DNA of 64,000 nucleotides. It comes from Scyliorhinus canicula (Eukaryota). A program made the position numbers and the translations under genes. Shown piece by piece: positions 21,940 through 34,780 of the stretch. The notes under the pieces are model-generated. The model did not search any database and had not been told where the DNA came from. It worked only from the letters and a program-made list of their open reading frames with translations. The first letter of the stretch is position 1; every line of letters begins with the position of its first letter. The stretch spans positions 72,941,631-73,005,630 of the forward strand of contig NC_052156.1 of the NCBI RefSeq assembly GCF_902713615.1. Direction: 5' to 3'.

Positions 21940-24900
21940 GGGCACGATTCTCCAAAAAGATTTCAAGTGTTGTAGCGAGCAGGAATTGCCGCGAGATTCC
22001 CACCTCTGCCCAGCAAGGCCAGCAGCTCCATTCAACGTTAGTTGGTCCACTTAATATGGCCCCACTGGCTTCTCGCTGCGAATGAAGGCTCGCCAGCTGA
22101 TTCGCTGACATTGCACTCGCCAGCTCCTACTAACAAAGGTTGAGTGGCACTTAAACTGCAGTTGCTCAGCCAACCCCAGCCAGTTCGCAACTCTGGCGCC
22201 AAACGCCGGGAGTGTGACCAGAAGGACCGGCCTCCAGTGCAGGAAGATTATTGACCTACACCGGGTTGCACCGGTGATAGACACCAACCCCTCTTTCTCC
22301 CCCCCCCCCCGTCCATCCCCACAGGAGCATCTACCAACTCTCCATGCGATCGCTCCAGCCCTCCCTCCACCCCCTCTCCCTTAAACCCTCCCTTCACACC
22401 CCCTCCCAACACTGATCCACACGCGTAGCTAATTATGCCCACTCTGTCTCCCCAGGAAAAGATCCCCCCATAATCTCTGGGAGAGGGCCCAGACTGGCGG
22501 TGGTGTGCCAGACCCAAGAATCTTCACCACCTTCAAGTGCCCTGGAGGTGACTGCGGTGATCGAGGACAGAGCGATCACGCACATGGAGGCTGGCGGTCA
22601 CAGCAGGGGTGAGGAACCACCGGGCTCCACCACGGGCGACCTGTCAAACGAGAGTTGTTATTGCCTTACTGACTGACCCATCTCTCCCACCTATCACATG
22701 TCCATTCTTCCGCAGGTCCTCCAACAGATGGCGCCAGCCCATCCCGGGCAGCCCCCTCTCGTGACTCCAAGGAGTACACCTCGGAGGAGAGCTCGGAGGA
22801 TGACTCAATTGCGGCGTCACAGCTGATATCCCCACCCTCCACCCGCGCAGATACACACACCACGGTGGGAAATGTTAGTGGGCAGGCTTCAAGGGCATAA
22901 TCTGAGGAGTACCATACCATTGCTGAATGCGCATCAGGTGAAGGCAGGAACCCCCAGGTGAGACAGCAGTCGGAGGTCAGCTGAGTCCCAGCCTGATGCT
23001 GAACTTAGGGAAGAGGTATTCCCGGAGTTGATGGAGACGTTAGGGCGCATCCAGGACATTCAGATGGAGATCTCAGCGTCACTTCAGCAGGTCCATAGCC
23101 AATTGGAGGAATCCCAGAGGCTACGGGTGCAGGTGATATCGCCGGCAATCAGTGGCACCAAGGCCAACACTGCTAGGGTAGCAGTAGAGAGCCTGGTGCA
23201 TGACGTCGGCATTAGTGAAGGTGTCCAAGACGTCAGGGGTTTGGTGACGGCCATTGCTGAGGGTCTCAGCAGAATGACTGCCTCACTGGGGGATGTCACA
23301 TAGTACCAGGTCGACCTTGATGAGGTTCTGCGGGTTATGTCCTGTGGTGAATGTACTTCATGTAATTCATACTGTATAGTAGTGTGTCCTTGTGGGCTCT
23401 GTCTACGAGCCGTTGCGGGCTCTGCCCACAGGGGGAGATGAGGAGCTTGTACAGGGCTCCACCCTCGGCTCCGCCCATGGCCCCTCCCACAAGTATATAA
23501 AGTGCTGAAGCCTTGTGAGCCTGCCCTCAGTTCTGCTGGTCGCAGGCAGGCTCAGTTGTAAGTCTATTAAAACCACAGTTTACTTCCTATCGTGTCACGA
23601 GTGAATTGATGGTCGCATTATGTCCCGCTCTCAGATGGGAATGGCTGAGGCACTGCGGAGCTTGTCCCAGTTGGGCTTTGCTGAGGTGTTGCAGAGCATG
23701 TCGACACCATGGTGCACCAGGACAGGCAGGGCCAGTGATTCAGGGCAGCCAGGGCTCGAACCAGCTGCCCCTCTGACCCATGGTGATCCCCAGGGTTCTA
23801 CGGGCACCGACTGGGAGAAGGGGGCGTGGAGTGATAACTCAGACTCGTCTCATAGAGTGGGGATGGTGGCGCTCAGCTCCCCAGAGTTCTGCCCCTCTGA
23901 TGAGGCTGCGTCTTGCAGTCAGCAACACGGGACAACTGTGCATGTGCCACCGACAAGTGAGTCGGGGCCCTCTGGCCTCAAGAGCATCCAGAGGACATCC
24001 GCCAGGGGCAGCAAAGGCCACAGGCCACAGGATGAGGAAAGCAGCATGCTGTCTACACCTTTGATGTGCATCCTGGGGAGACACCTAAACGTAGTGGTAG
24101 AGCTAGAAAGGCCAAGCACATCGAGGATCACTGAGGGCACTGAGGGCACCGAGGGCGGGGGGGGGGGAGGTGGCACCATGGGAAAGGGGGAATTGTGTTA
24201 CACATTAAACACCCTTGTGCACAATTATTATGATGCCTTTGTCACTTTCCTCTGCAACAATGCAACCTTGGCCCTTCTCTCCAGGCATCTCCCCCTCGCC
24301 ATGGAACCCACCCACTCTGTGGACATGTCCCCGGAGCTGTGTCCCATCCCCTGGGTGTTCAGATCTTGGTTGCTACGTGTGTGGTATTGCCTCCCAGAGT
24401 GTTCAGGTACAGTATCCATGCATCAAGGTGTGAAGTGGATGCTAGTCAATGACTCCCACATGCCATATGGCCCGGCCACTCACAGGAATCCACTTGGGTT
24501 GTGTGAAATGTTCACTTAACCACAACTGCCAACTCACTTTCGCAATAGCCTTCAGCCGCATGGCCAGAGGCGTTGGCAGTCAGTGGGAGTTATGGGTGGC
24601 CATTGGGGCAGACGGACAGGGACAAGGGTTGCCTCTGGATTGTGTATACATGATCCAGGGGTTGGCATGGTGGTGCAGTGAGCAGTTGCCCCCCGTCCAC
24701 AGTGGCTCACGCCTGAGGAGGTCCCCACCCGAGGGTCCCCCACCCCGAGCACTGGGGTGACAAGCCCAGCGCCCCCGGGCTCATTGCCTGTGAGCAAAGA
24801 TGGCTACTCACCTCCTCAGCTCCCTACGGAAGCCCTTCCGCCAGGTTCACGTTTTTAAAAAGGACTACTAATCAGTGCCAGTGTGACCACTAGCTGGAGA

Positions 24901-25135
24901 GGCCGATGAATGATGGGAAGCAGTTGAATATGGGTGGCTCTCATAAATAGCATGGAAACTGGGCTGAAGTGGTGATAACTGATTACTCGCTACAGCGAGA
25001 TTCCGATTTCGCCCAAGGGAGCGAGCAGGTTGCATCGCAAACTGTTTGGCTCCTGGCGTGGTTCTCGTTTTTGGCCCCTCACAACCGGCCTCGTTTTGCT
25101 CGAGCGAGAGCGTAATGAGGCATGAGAATCACCCC
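21940..25135 (+). mobile_element. Degenerate Harbinger/PIF-type DNA transposon with remnants of an intron-containing Myb/SANT-like gene
   Basis: Ends GGGCACGATTCTCC...GAGAATCACCCC. Remnant exons encode AGSVTRRTGLQCRKIIDL (about 22204-22273) and EKIPHNLWERAQTGGGVPDPRI (from 22456), with GT-AG introns. Confidence 0.65.
23343..23620 (+). mobile_element. Solo Gypsy LTR
   Basis: TGTGGTGA...ATTGATGGTCGCATTA, with TATA box, ATTAAA, and 5-bp TSD TGTCC at 23338-23342 and 23621-23625. Confidence 0.85.
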
Positions 25136-25267
25136 CCCCCCCCCCCCCCCCATGTGTCATTGAATAGCGGTGGGGAACTCGCTGGCAGAGCCAGCGGGAA
25201 ACTTCCTGCAAAACCTGCCGCAAGAATTTTGGGGTAGAATTGCACCCAGTATTTTGACTTGCACACT

Positions 25268-25473
25268 GGGTGGGATTTTTCCGGCCGATTCTGCCAGTGG
25301 GATCTTCCAGTGCCGCCAATGGTGACCCCCTGCAATTGTTTCCCTGACGGCAGAGGGTGCGAATAATAGAAAACCCATTTGACAGCGGCGGGACCGGAAG
25401 ATCCTGCTGTTGGCCAATGATGGGCCGTATCTGCCAGCGTAAAATATGCCCGGGAGGGCGGAGAATCCCATCC
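25268..25473. mobile_element. MITE, Harbinger-like TIR family
   Basis: TIRs GGGTGGGATTTTTCC...GGAGAATCCCATCC. Confidence 0.7.
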
Positions 25474-25996
25474 ACTTCTTTTTTTCTGGGCAAAAAAATG
25501 CCCATTTGAATCTAACTGCAGCTTTAAGATTGATTCCTATGGGAAACCATGATTCACATAAAAATTGTTCCATTTGAAGTCGTGATTTCCTGGAAGGCAA
25601 ACACAAACTAAAACAATGACCTCATACAATCCCAGTGCAGATGGAGACCATTTTGCCCAAAGGGTCTGCACCGACCCCCTGAAAGCACACATTATCTAGG
25701 GCCACTCCCCTGCTCTACTCCCGTAATCCCATCTAACCTGCACGCTGAGGAACAATTTAGCATGTACAATCAACCTAACCTGAATATCATTAGACTGTGG
25801 GAGGAAACTGTGAGGCAGCAGTGCCAACCACCGTGCGGCTCCTTAAGTATTTACTGTACTTCACTGGATGTGGAGCGATTTGGGAATTCCTGAGCCTACT
25901 GTAGACTCTTTCCAAGTAACCTCTCCCTCCACTATAGGTAATCGTCTATAGTCTGCCTTAATTCCCATCAACTCTAGTTTCCATTTTTGTTGCTTC

Positions 25997-26686
25997 AAGA
26001 ACAAAGAACAGTACAGCACAGGAACAGGCCCTTCGGCCCTCCAAGCCTATGCCGAATATGCTGCCCGTCTAAACTAATATCTTCGACACTTCCTGGGTCC
26101 ATACCCCTCTATTCCCATCCTATTCATGTATTTGTCAAGATGCCCCTTAAAGTCACTATCGTCCCTGCTTCCACCACGTCCTCCGGCAGAGGGTTCCAGG
26201 CACCCACTACCATCTGTGTAAAAAAACTTGCCTCGTACATCTGCTCTAAATGTTGCCCCTCGCACCTTAAACATATGCCCCCTAGTAATTGACCCCTCTA
26301 CCCTGGGAAAAAGCCTCTGACTATCCATCAGTCTATGCCCCTCATAATTTTGTAGACCTCTATCAGGTCAACCCTCAACCTCCGTCGTTCCAGTGAGAAC
26401 AAACCGAGTTTATTCAACCGCTCCTCAGAGCTAATGCCCTCCATACCAGGCAACATCCTGGTAAATCTCTTCTGCACCCTTTCTAAAGCCTCCACATCCT
26501 TCTGCTAGTGTGGCGACCAGAATTGAACACTTGTACTCCAAGTGTGGCCCACGGTTCTATACAGCTGCAATATGGCTTGCCAATGTTTATGCTCAATGCT
26601 CCGGCCAATGAAGGCAAGCATGCCTTATGCCTTCTTGACTACCTTCTCCACCTGTGTTGCCCCTTTCAGTGACCTGTGGGCCTATC
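25997..26686 (-). mobile_element. CR1 3' fragment
   Basis: MDSQRLFPRVEGSITRGHMFKVRG...DVRGKFF remnant and a (TTCTTTG)-type tail. Confidence 0.85.
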
Positions 26687-27035
26687 TCCCTTGTCGAATA
26701 CAGTTTCTGCCATTTCCTCTTTTGCTGTATCCTTGGTGCTCCATCATTCAGAAACATTTGTGGCTTCACTACTTCCAAACTCCTCCATTGCTAAACCTAC
26801 CTTCAAGAAACTCAGCCTCTTCATTTGTGCCAAGCATTTCTTTCTCCTAAAAGCCCAGATCAGAACACCTTGGAGGAAGCCATTCTGGCTCTTGAGCTTG
26901 TCCTGCCTTTCCATTATAGATCATTGCTGCTTTGCAACTCCCAAATCAGTTTTCCCTTCATGTTCATCAGCGCTCTACAAAATTACAATCAAAAATATAA
27001 CCAATCATTTAGAACGATATTCATGTTCACCAAGA

Positions 27036-27265
27036 TTTTTTTTCAAATTTAATATACCCAATTCATTTTTTTCCAATTCAGGGGCAATTTAGCGTGGCCA
27101 ATCCACCTACCCTAAACATTTTTTGGGTTGTTGGAGCGAAACCCACATAAACACGGAGAGAATGCGCAAACTCCACACGGACAGTGACCCACAGCCAGGA
27201 TCAAACCTGGGACATCGGTGCCTTGAGGCCGCAGTGCTAACCCACTGCGCCACCATGCTGCCCCC
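27036..27265 (-). mobile_element. HE1-type SINE, poly(A)-tailed subtype
   Basis: Head gggggcagcatggtggcgcagtgggttagc; A-rich tail. Confidence 0.85.
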
Positions 27266-27924
27266 ATATTCACAAAGATAATTAAAGATGTGGGAGAACA
27301 CTTGGCCCATCCAGGTCACTCGGTGAGCCCTGGCCCCTTCACAGCATTTATTTCTGTTTTAGTTTAGACTGAAATTCTACTCTATTATTAGATGTTGATA
27401 CAAAGATTTGTGAACCGCCAGCAATTGATTGAATTCCTGATTCGACCAGAACATTTTCAACCAGAACATTTCTGCCGGGCTAGATTTAACTGGACTCAAT
27501 GGGGCTTTGCTTTGGGTCCCTTAGTCCTCACCACAGCAAAAGGTCTCCCTACTTCCATTCCTGGTAGTTGTACAGCTCACTGTAAACAAGTCTGAGGCTA
27601 AACATTTGGTCTGGGGCAGAATCTACACCCTCAGCAACTGGACAGAGTCCCAATCTTACCCGTGTCTGAGAGAAAAGTCAAAACTGTGTTTAAAATGATT
27701 GCAGGGTTATGGAAAGACACAAGTGGAAAACTTTCAGAGACTCATTTATTTCCTGCTAAATGTTCCAATTTAAATATATTTATAGTCACGGCTCAAAATC
27801 AAAAACAGAAAATTGGAATGAGGATTTTAAAAAACCGCTAATGCTCAAAATGTGCAGTAAACAGAAAATACTGTAAACACACAATCTGACAGCATCAGTG
27901 GAAAGGGGAAAAAAAAAACAAGAG

Positions 27925-28145
27925 ATTTTTTTTTAAATTTAGAGTACCCAATTATTATTTTTTTTCCCCAATTAAGGAGCAATTTATCGTGGCCGATCCA
28001 CCTAACTTGCACATCTTTGGGTTGTGGGGGTGAAACCCATGGGGAGAATGTGCAAATTCCACATGTACAGTGACCTGGGGCCGGGATTCGAACCTCAGTC
28101 CTCAGCGCCGTAGTCCCAGTGCTAACCACTGTGCCATCTGCCACC
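27925..28145 (-). mobile_element. HE1-type SINE, poly(A)-tailed subtype
   Basis: Tail aattgggtactctaaatttaaaaa; A-rich TSD-like flanks. Confidence 0.85.
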
Positions 28146-28257
28146 CGAAAAAAACAAAGTTAACGTTTCTAGTTAACGAATTCTTGTCAGAACTGGGTCA
28201 TCAATCGGAAATGTTAACTCTGCTTTCTTTTCCCCAGAAAATTAGAAGATGCCTGCT

Positions 28258-28590
28258 TTGTGGATAGCTCAATCGCTTCACAGCTCCAGTGTCCCAGGTT
28301 CGATTCCGGCTTGGGTCACTGTCTGTGTGGAGTCTGCACATCCTCCCCGTGTGTGCGTGGGTTTCCTCCGGGTGCTCCGGTTTCCGCCCACAGTCCAAAG
28401 ATGTGCAGGTTAGGTGGATAGGCCATGATAAATTGCCCTTAGTGTTCAAAGTTGCCCTTAGTGTTGGGTGGGGTTACTGGGTTATGGGGATAGGGTGGAG
28501 GTGTTAACCTTGGGTAGGGTGCTCTTTCCAGGAGCCGGTGCAGACTCGATGGGCAGAATGGCCTCCTTCTGCACTGTAAATTCTATGTAA
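28258..28590 (+). mobile_element. HE1/V-SINE with CR1-type tail
   Basis: Central domain plus tail gatgggcagaatggcctccttctgcactgtaaattctatg. Confidence 0.85.
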
Positions 28591-29779
28591 AATATGAAAC
28601 TCTGATGCAATGTGGCATCAATATGGAGTTTGGTACTTGGCAATGTGAATGTTCCCAGGCTGGATACTAACTTCATAGAAATGCTGCACACCCATCACCC
28701 ACCTGCTTTCTGACTCACATCAACTACTGGAACATGAATTACTCCAATGGCCTTGCCCTCTCTACCTCTATAACCTCCTTTAGTCCTGCCGCCTCCCAAA
28801 ATTCTGTGCTCCTCTAATTCTGGCTTTTTGTGGCTCTCCTACTCCATTTGCCCACAATTGTTGATCATGCCTTCAGCTCCTTAGTCCCTAAACTCTGAAA
28901 TTCCCTCAACCTCTCCCCCTCTCACCTCCTTTAAGATAATCCCCAAGATCAAACTTTCTAACCAAGCTTTTTCCCCATTTCCCCAGAAATGCAGCATTTC
29001 TATGAAGTTAGCTGCAGCTGCTCACTCATTATAGAAATCAATCTCTTATCAATTACCCTCCAGCAAATCCAGACATAAAGCAAGGAAAACCCCTTTGAGG
29101 GAGAGCTTTGGGACTCATAGGCCCAAAGGCACCTGTTGCTCCTGAGCATGCAAATGAATGAGGAGAAACATTTCTACCTCCAGAAATGGGTTAGGTGAGA
29201 TGTTAAAACACAATCTGTCTACTTCTGATTTGAATGGTGGCTGAAACCGACTTTCTGGCAGGAGGCGGGTTACTTATTTCATATTTTAATACAGTTTAAT
29301 TGTTCACATTCTTTTCAATTTGGGCCAGGAAACCCAACAGTTAAAGGGGGAAAGAGAACATCAGGACCCAGAAAGCTACTGCCTTTTCCAGTACTGCTCA
29401 TGGGCCAAAAGGAGCAGCAGAACTGCACCCCCCAGACCCCAAGGTTTACCTGGGAACTGCTCCCACACAATGGATCGAATGGTGACCCCCCCCCCCCCCC
29501 CCCCCCACACCCACCACACCCATTCTCAAAGCATGATCTCCAAATGACCTGGCCTCACTGATTTCCCCCTTCACCTCCCCCATCTTGGTCTCCAATACCC
29601 CACTACACTAACCCATCCACTTGGCTTTTCTAATCACTTTCCGGTCTAATTATCAATGCTTCCATGTCTCAGCATACAATGATATTATGTGATTAATATT
29701 CCGTGGGTATTATAACCAGAATGAGCATGTGAAGCCTTTCTCAATTGGAGTTGGCAATGTGACCTCCTACGGTTGCAGA

Positions 29780-32700
29780 TGTGGCTCATCAGATGTGTTT
29801 ATCATTCCCCTCTATGGAGATTGGGAGTGAAAATTGGCTGTTGCCAGAGCAGGATGGAGTGGTGGTGGTGATGAGGTTTGTGAAGAGATTTGTGGATCTT
29901 CGCTCCAGCTTCTTTCACAGCAAGCTACATAAATGTGGCAACTTCCGTCACTTTCAAAGTTAAATCACTTAGTTAGCAGCTTCTTCTGAATCGTTTCACT
30001 GTGTACCCACAAACCAGCCTGTCTTGAAGAGTATCAAGTGTTGTGCCAAATTTGCAACATGTAGCTAATTTGCATAAAGAAGCTATAAACTGCAAAATTG
30101 CTTCACCTTCTTCCTGACTACTGCGGTGGAATCAATAACGGTATAGGACAGAAATATCCCTCTAAGATTTTCATTAATTCACTGAAGGACTTGACTCCTG
30201 GGTTTGCTGAGTGAACAAGATTCTGTAGCAGCATAAGCATTTTACAGCCAACTGAGTTGAGAAATGTTGTAACCTTTATTTACATCCTTCGGTGTCTGAT
30301 TAGTTGTTAAAAACAATTGGAATATTTCTTCATATGAATTGTGTGTTTTATAATCCGCATCAAAAGCGTCCATGACACCCATTTTCCCCACCATTTTTGG
30401 ATCCCGGCTCCTGGGGTCTACACGTCCTCCCTTCCAATTGCTTGGAATGCATGTCACAAACAATCCCTTGCACAAGCAACTAGGAATTATTTTCCTGAGT
30501 ATTTTGACTTTTCGCCCGAGTAGTAGCCCGTGCCAAGACTTCAAAATCTCTGTTCCCTGCAGCCAGTGTGGTTTCATCACATGCACAGACCCTGCGACCC
30601 CACTCGCTTCAGTGCAAACAAGTCTTCCGCAATTGCCGGCCTTCTTACTCAGCTGTTGAAAACTTTTGTCAATCCTTCACATTGGCGGCAGTGCTTTGCC
30701 TAACGTCTGTGTGCCTGCATGCGTGCGTGTTCGTGCGCATCCGGACCAGAGAATCTTCCGTTGCTCCCGATGACATCCCACGATTAGTTTTTATTTTAAA
30801 ATGTTTTTTATTGAGTTTTCATATTTTATATCCAACAAATTACAAATTATTAGAAAAAAAACATGCAAAAATTAACATGTATATTTACAGGTAAGCATCT
30901 TCATAATAACAACTGTGTCCGCCCCCATTAGCCGGCATACATATTTTACATTCCCCAATATGGCCGAGGCACATGCTTGTAGGCATTTATTTACAATTTG
31001 TATTTGGGCCTTAGCTTGCCATCAAACCCCCATAACGAACCCGTAGCCCCCCCCCCCCCCCCCCCCCCCCCCCCCGCCGGCTACCTTCCCCCGATTCCCG
31101 TCCATTTTCCCCTGATTCTTGGCCACCCGACTATTCTTCCTCTTGTTTGTTGGCCACAAACAGGTCCCAGAACAATTGCATGAATGGCTCCCACGTTCTG
31201 TGGAAGCCGTCGTCTGACCCTCGGATGGCGAATTTGATTTTCTCCATTTGGAGAGATTCCGAGAGGTCGGACAGCCAAACAGGATTCTACGGCGGGCGAT
31301 CAGGGAGGCAAAGGCAAGGGCGTCCGCCCTCCTCCCCAGGAATAGATCTGGCTGGTCTGAAACCCCGAAGACCGCCACTATCGGGCATGGCTCCACCCTC
31401 ACCCCCACCACTTTGAACATAGCCTCGAAGAAGGCTGTCCAGTACTCCACAAGTCTGGGGCAAGACCAGAACATGTGGACGTGGTTGGCCGGGCCTCTTT
31501 GGCACCGTTCACATCTGTCCTCCACCTCCGGGAAGAACCTACTCATACGGTTTCTTGTTAAGTGGGCGCTATGTACCACTTTTAGTTGCGTCAGGCTGAG
31601 CCTTGCGCACGTGGAGGTGGAGTTGACCCTATGCAGTGCTTCTCTCCAGAGTCCCCACCCTATCTCAATCCCCAGGTCGTCCTCCCATTTCATTCTTGTT
31701 GCGTCCAGTACGGTGTCGTCCCTTTCTACCAGTCGGTCATACATGTCGCTACAGTTCCCTTTCTCTAGGATACTTGCGTCCAGTAGGTCTGTCGTGGCGG
31801 TTGTGGGTACGTTCTTGTCTGCTTTCGTAAGAAGTTTTTGAGCTGCAGGTACCGTAGCTCGTTCCCCCCGGCTAGCCGAAATTTCTCGTCCAGTGTTGCG
31901 ATCCTGTCGTCCGTGTATAGGTCCCTGACTGTCAGTGTCCCCCCGTCCTGCCTCCACCTTTTGAAGGTGGCGTCAGTCAGTGCTGGTGTGAATCTATGGT
32001 TGTTGCAGATGGGAGCCTTGTCCGACATTTTGGTCAGGCCAAATTGCTACCGCAGTTGGTTCCAGGATTGGAGGGTGGCTGTCACCACTGGGCTGCTGGA
32101 GTGTTTTTTGGGTGGGGATGGGAGTGCTGCCGTGGCGAGGGCCCGGAGGGAGGTCCCCATGCAGGAGGCCTCCTCGGCACGCACCCACTCGGCTTCTGGC
32201 TCCTGGATCCATCCCCTTACTCGCTCGGCTGTTGCCGCCCAGTGGTAGAATTGTAGATTCGGGAAGACCTTCTTTGGGATCCTAGCATTTTTACCCCCCC
32301 CCCATACGAACGCCATGATAAGTTTGTCCAGCACTTTGAAAAAGGCCTTGGGGATGTAGATCGGAATGGATCTAAACAGGAAGAGGAACCTGGGCAGTAC
32401 CTTAATTTTGATCATCCGGACTCTCCCCGCGAGGGAGAGTGGGAGCATGTTCCGTCTTTGCAGGTCCTTTTTTACTTCCTCCGTCAGGCTGGTGAGGTTC
32501 CATTTGTGGATCCCTTTCCAGTCATGGGCTATTTGGATCCCTAGGTAGAGGAATTTGTGTCGGGCTTGTTTGAACGGCAGCCCCTTTAGTGCTGCCCCCC
32601 CACCCCTTGCGGGTGTACTGGGAAGATCTCGCTTTTGCTCATGTTGAGTTTGTAGCCCGAGAAGGCTCCAAACTCTTTCAGGAGCGCGATGATTCCATCC

Positions 32701-34096
32701 ATGCTGCTTTGTAGGTCCGAGATGTAGAGGAGCAGATCATCTGCATAGAGTGAGACTCTGTGCTCTCTGCCTCCCCTTCGGATCCCCCTCCAATTTTTTG
32801 CTGCCCTAAGCACGATTGCTAGCGGTTCGATTGCTAGTGCGAACAGCAGCGGAGACAGTGGGCATCCTTGTCTGATGCCACTGTGCAGCTGGAAGTATTG
32901 AGAGTTGGTATTGTTGGTCCGTACACTCGCCATGGGAGCGTTGTATAGGACCTTTACCCAAGCGGTGAACCCTGTTCCAAGCCCGAACCGCTCCAGTACC
33001 TCTATGAGGTATTTCCATTCGACTCTGTCGAAGGCCTTTTCTGCGTCCAGGGAGACGATCACCACTTGTGTTCTCTCCCCGGAGGGGGTCATTATCACAT
33101 TCAGCAGGCGCCTGATGTTCGAGGTAAGCCGTCTACCTTTGACGAAGCCCGTCTGGTCCTCTGTGACCACCTCAAGTACACAGTCCTCCAGCCTTTTGGC
33201 TAGGATTTGGCGTCTGCGTTCAGCAGAGATATGGGTCTGTATGACCCACATACCGTTGGGTCTTTGTCTTTCTTAGGTATCAGCGTATCAGATTGAGGCC
33301 TGTGCTAATGTGGGTGGCAGTGTGCCCCTAGCTAGCGAATCTGTGAACATCTCCCGCAGGTGCGGGGCCAGCTCTGTCGCAAATTTTTTGTAGAAGTCCG
33401 CTGGGAATCCATCCGGTCCCGGCGCCTTCCCCGTCTGCATGGAGCTAATGCTGTCCATGATCTCTCCTAGTGCTAGTGGTGCTTCCAGGTCCCGTTTTCT
33501 GCCCTCTCTCACGACTGGTATGTCCAGTCCATCAAGGAACCGGTTCATCCCAGCCTTCCCCGTTGGGGGCTCTGAGGTGTACAGCTCTTGGTAGAAGGCC
33601 TTGAAGGTTTTGTTAATCCTCTCTGGTTCTGTTTCCAACGTGCTTCTGGTACCCCTGATTTGCGCAATTTCTCTGGTGGCTGCCTGCTTTCTCAGCTGGT
33701 GTGCCAACAGGCAGCTGGCTTTATCTCCGTGTTCGTACAGGGTCCCGCGCGTCTGGCGGAGTTGGTGCACTGCTTTCCTGGTGGAGAGCAGGTCAAAGTT
33801 CCTTTGTAGTTCTTTTATCCCACGATTAGTTGATGAAAATCTCTCTTCCAGCAATTTGTCTGCCAGAATCCTCATCGCCAGTTTTCTCTCCCATTATATT
33901 TCTTTGTTGCCAAAAAGGGAAAAAAGGTATGGAGATGCCCACACTCTGGATTCTTGTAAAACAGAGTTCTGTTTTAAGGGTATTGCTCATACAATCAAGA
34001 TGGCGATCTGCCCAAAGCCCACGCAAACACTCTGCTGACGTCACTACACATCACGTGACACAGAGCCAGCAGAAATATATTCCCAGATACATAACA
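29780..34096 (-). mobile_element. Old Gypsy remnant (5' LTR about 33890-34096, leader, degenerate gag about 29800-30394), split by an L1
   Basis: LTR starts TGTTAT at 34096 and is followed by the PBS-like CTGGCGATGAGGAT. Gag remnants MVGKMGVMDAFD...YEEIFQLFL, KSFSELMKILEGYFCP and LDTLQDRLVCG...IQKKLL. Confidence 0.7.
30790..33816 (-). mobile_element. 5'-truncated L1/Tx1-clade LINE with frameshifted ORF2
   Basis: YEHGDK, GKAPGPDGF, DQTGF, LDAEKAFD, RQGCPLSP, SLYADD and C-terminal CxxC...HxxxxC. A-rich 3' end. 15-bp TSD atcccacgattagtt at 30775-30789 and 33817-33831. Confidence 0.93.
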
Positions 34097-34602
34097 AGAG
34101 TGTAATTGCTGCTTAAATGGCCAGCTTCAAGAGGATTTTACATTACATAAAGGAACTGGAGAAGAAACACCTGCCTGATGTTCAGCATGCCTGTCAGTAT
34201 TTTCTATTCCAGGTGGGAACAGAATATCAATACTAGAATACAAAGGTACCGCTAAACATAAAACTGCTCTTTTTAGCAATTTCACTTATTCTTTTTTTTT
34301 CCACCACAATCTAAGCTAAGACCATGTAGACAGTGAGTAAGAGAGGGTGATGCTATGGGTTTATTTTTAAATGGTTTTGACTCCATGTCAACAGTATGAG
34401 GTCACATCCACGGTAATTACATACACATTTGCTTTGCATTTCAGATGCATGTGTACAAAAATTATTTTAGGCAGCTAAAGGTTTTTTGCCTCATATCATT
34501 GTACAATCTAAATTTTTCATCTGCTGCTGGGCTCCAGTCTGTGTCTCCTGAGAATTGGATTCTAAAATATGGTCAGCCGCTAAGTGTATCCCCAGCTATT
34601 CG

Positions 34603-34780
34603 GCGGGCAAATGGTTTAGCACAGCGGGCTAAACAGCTGGCTTGTAATGCAGAACAATGCCAGCAGCGTGGGTTCAATTCCCGTACCGACCTCACCGAAC
34701 AGGCGCCAGAATGTGGTGACTAGGGGCTTTTCAAAGTAACTTCATTGAAGCCTACTTGTGACAATAAGTGATTATTATTA
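34603..34780 (+). mobile_element. Short SINE, tail cctacttgtgacaataagtgattattatt
   Basis: Same family as 13380-13556. Confidence 0.8.
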
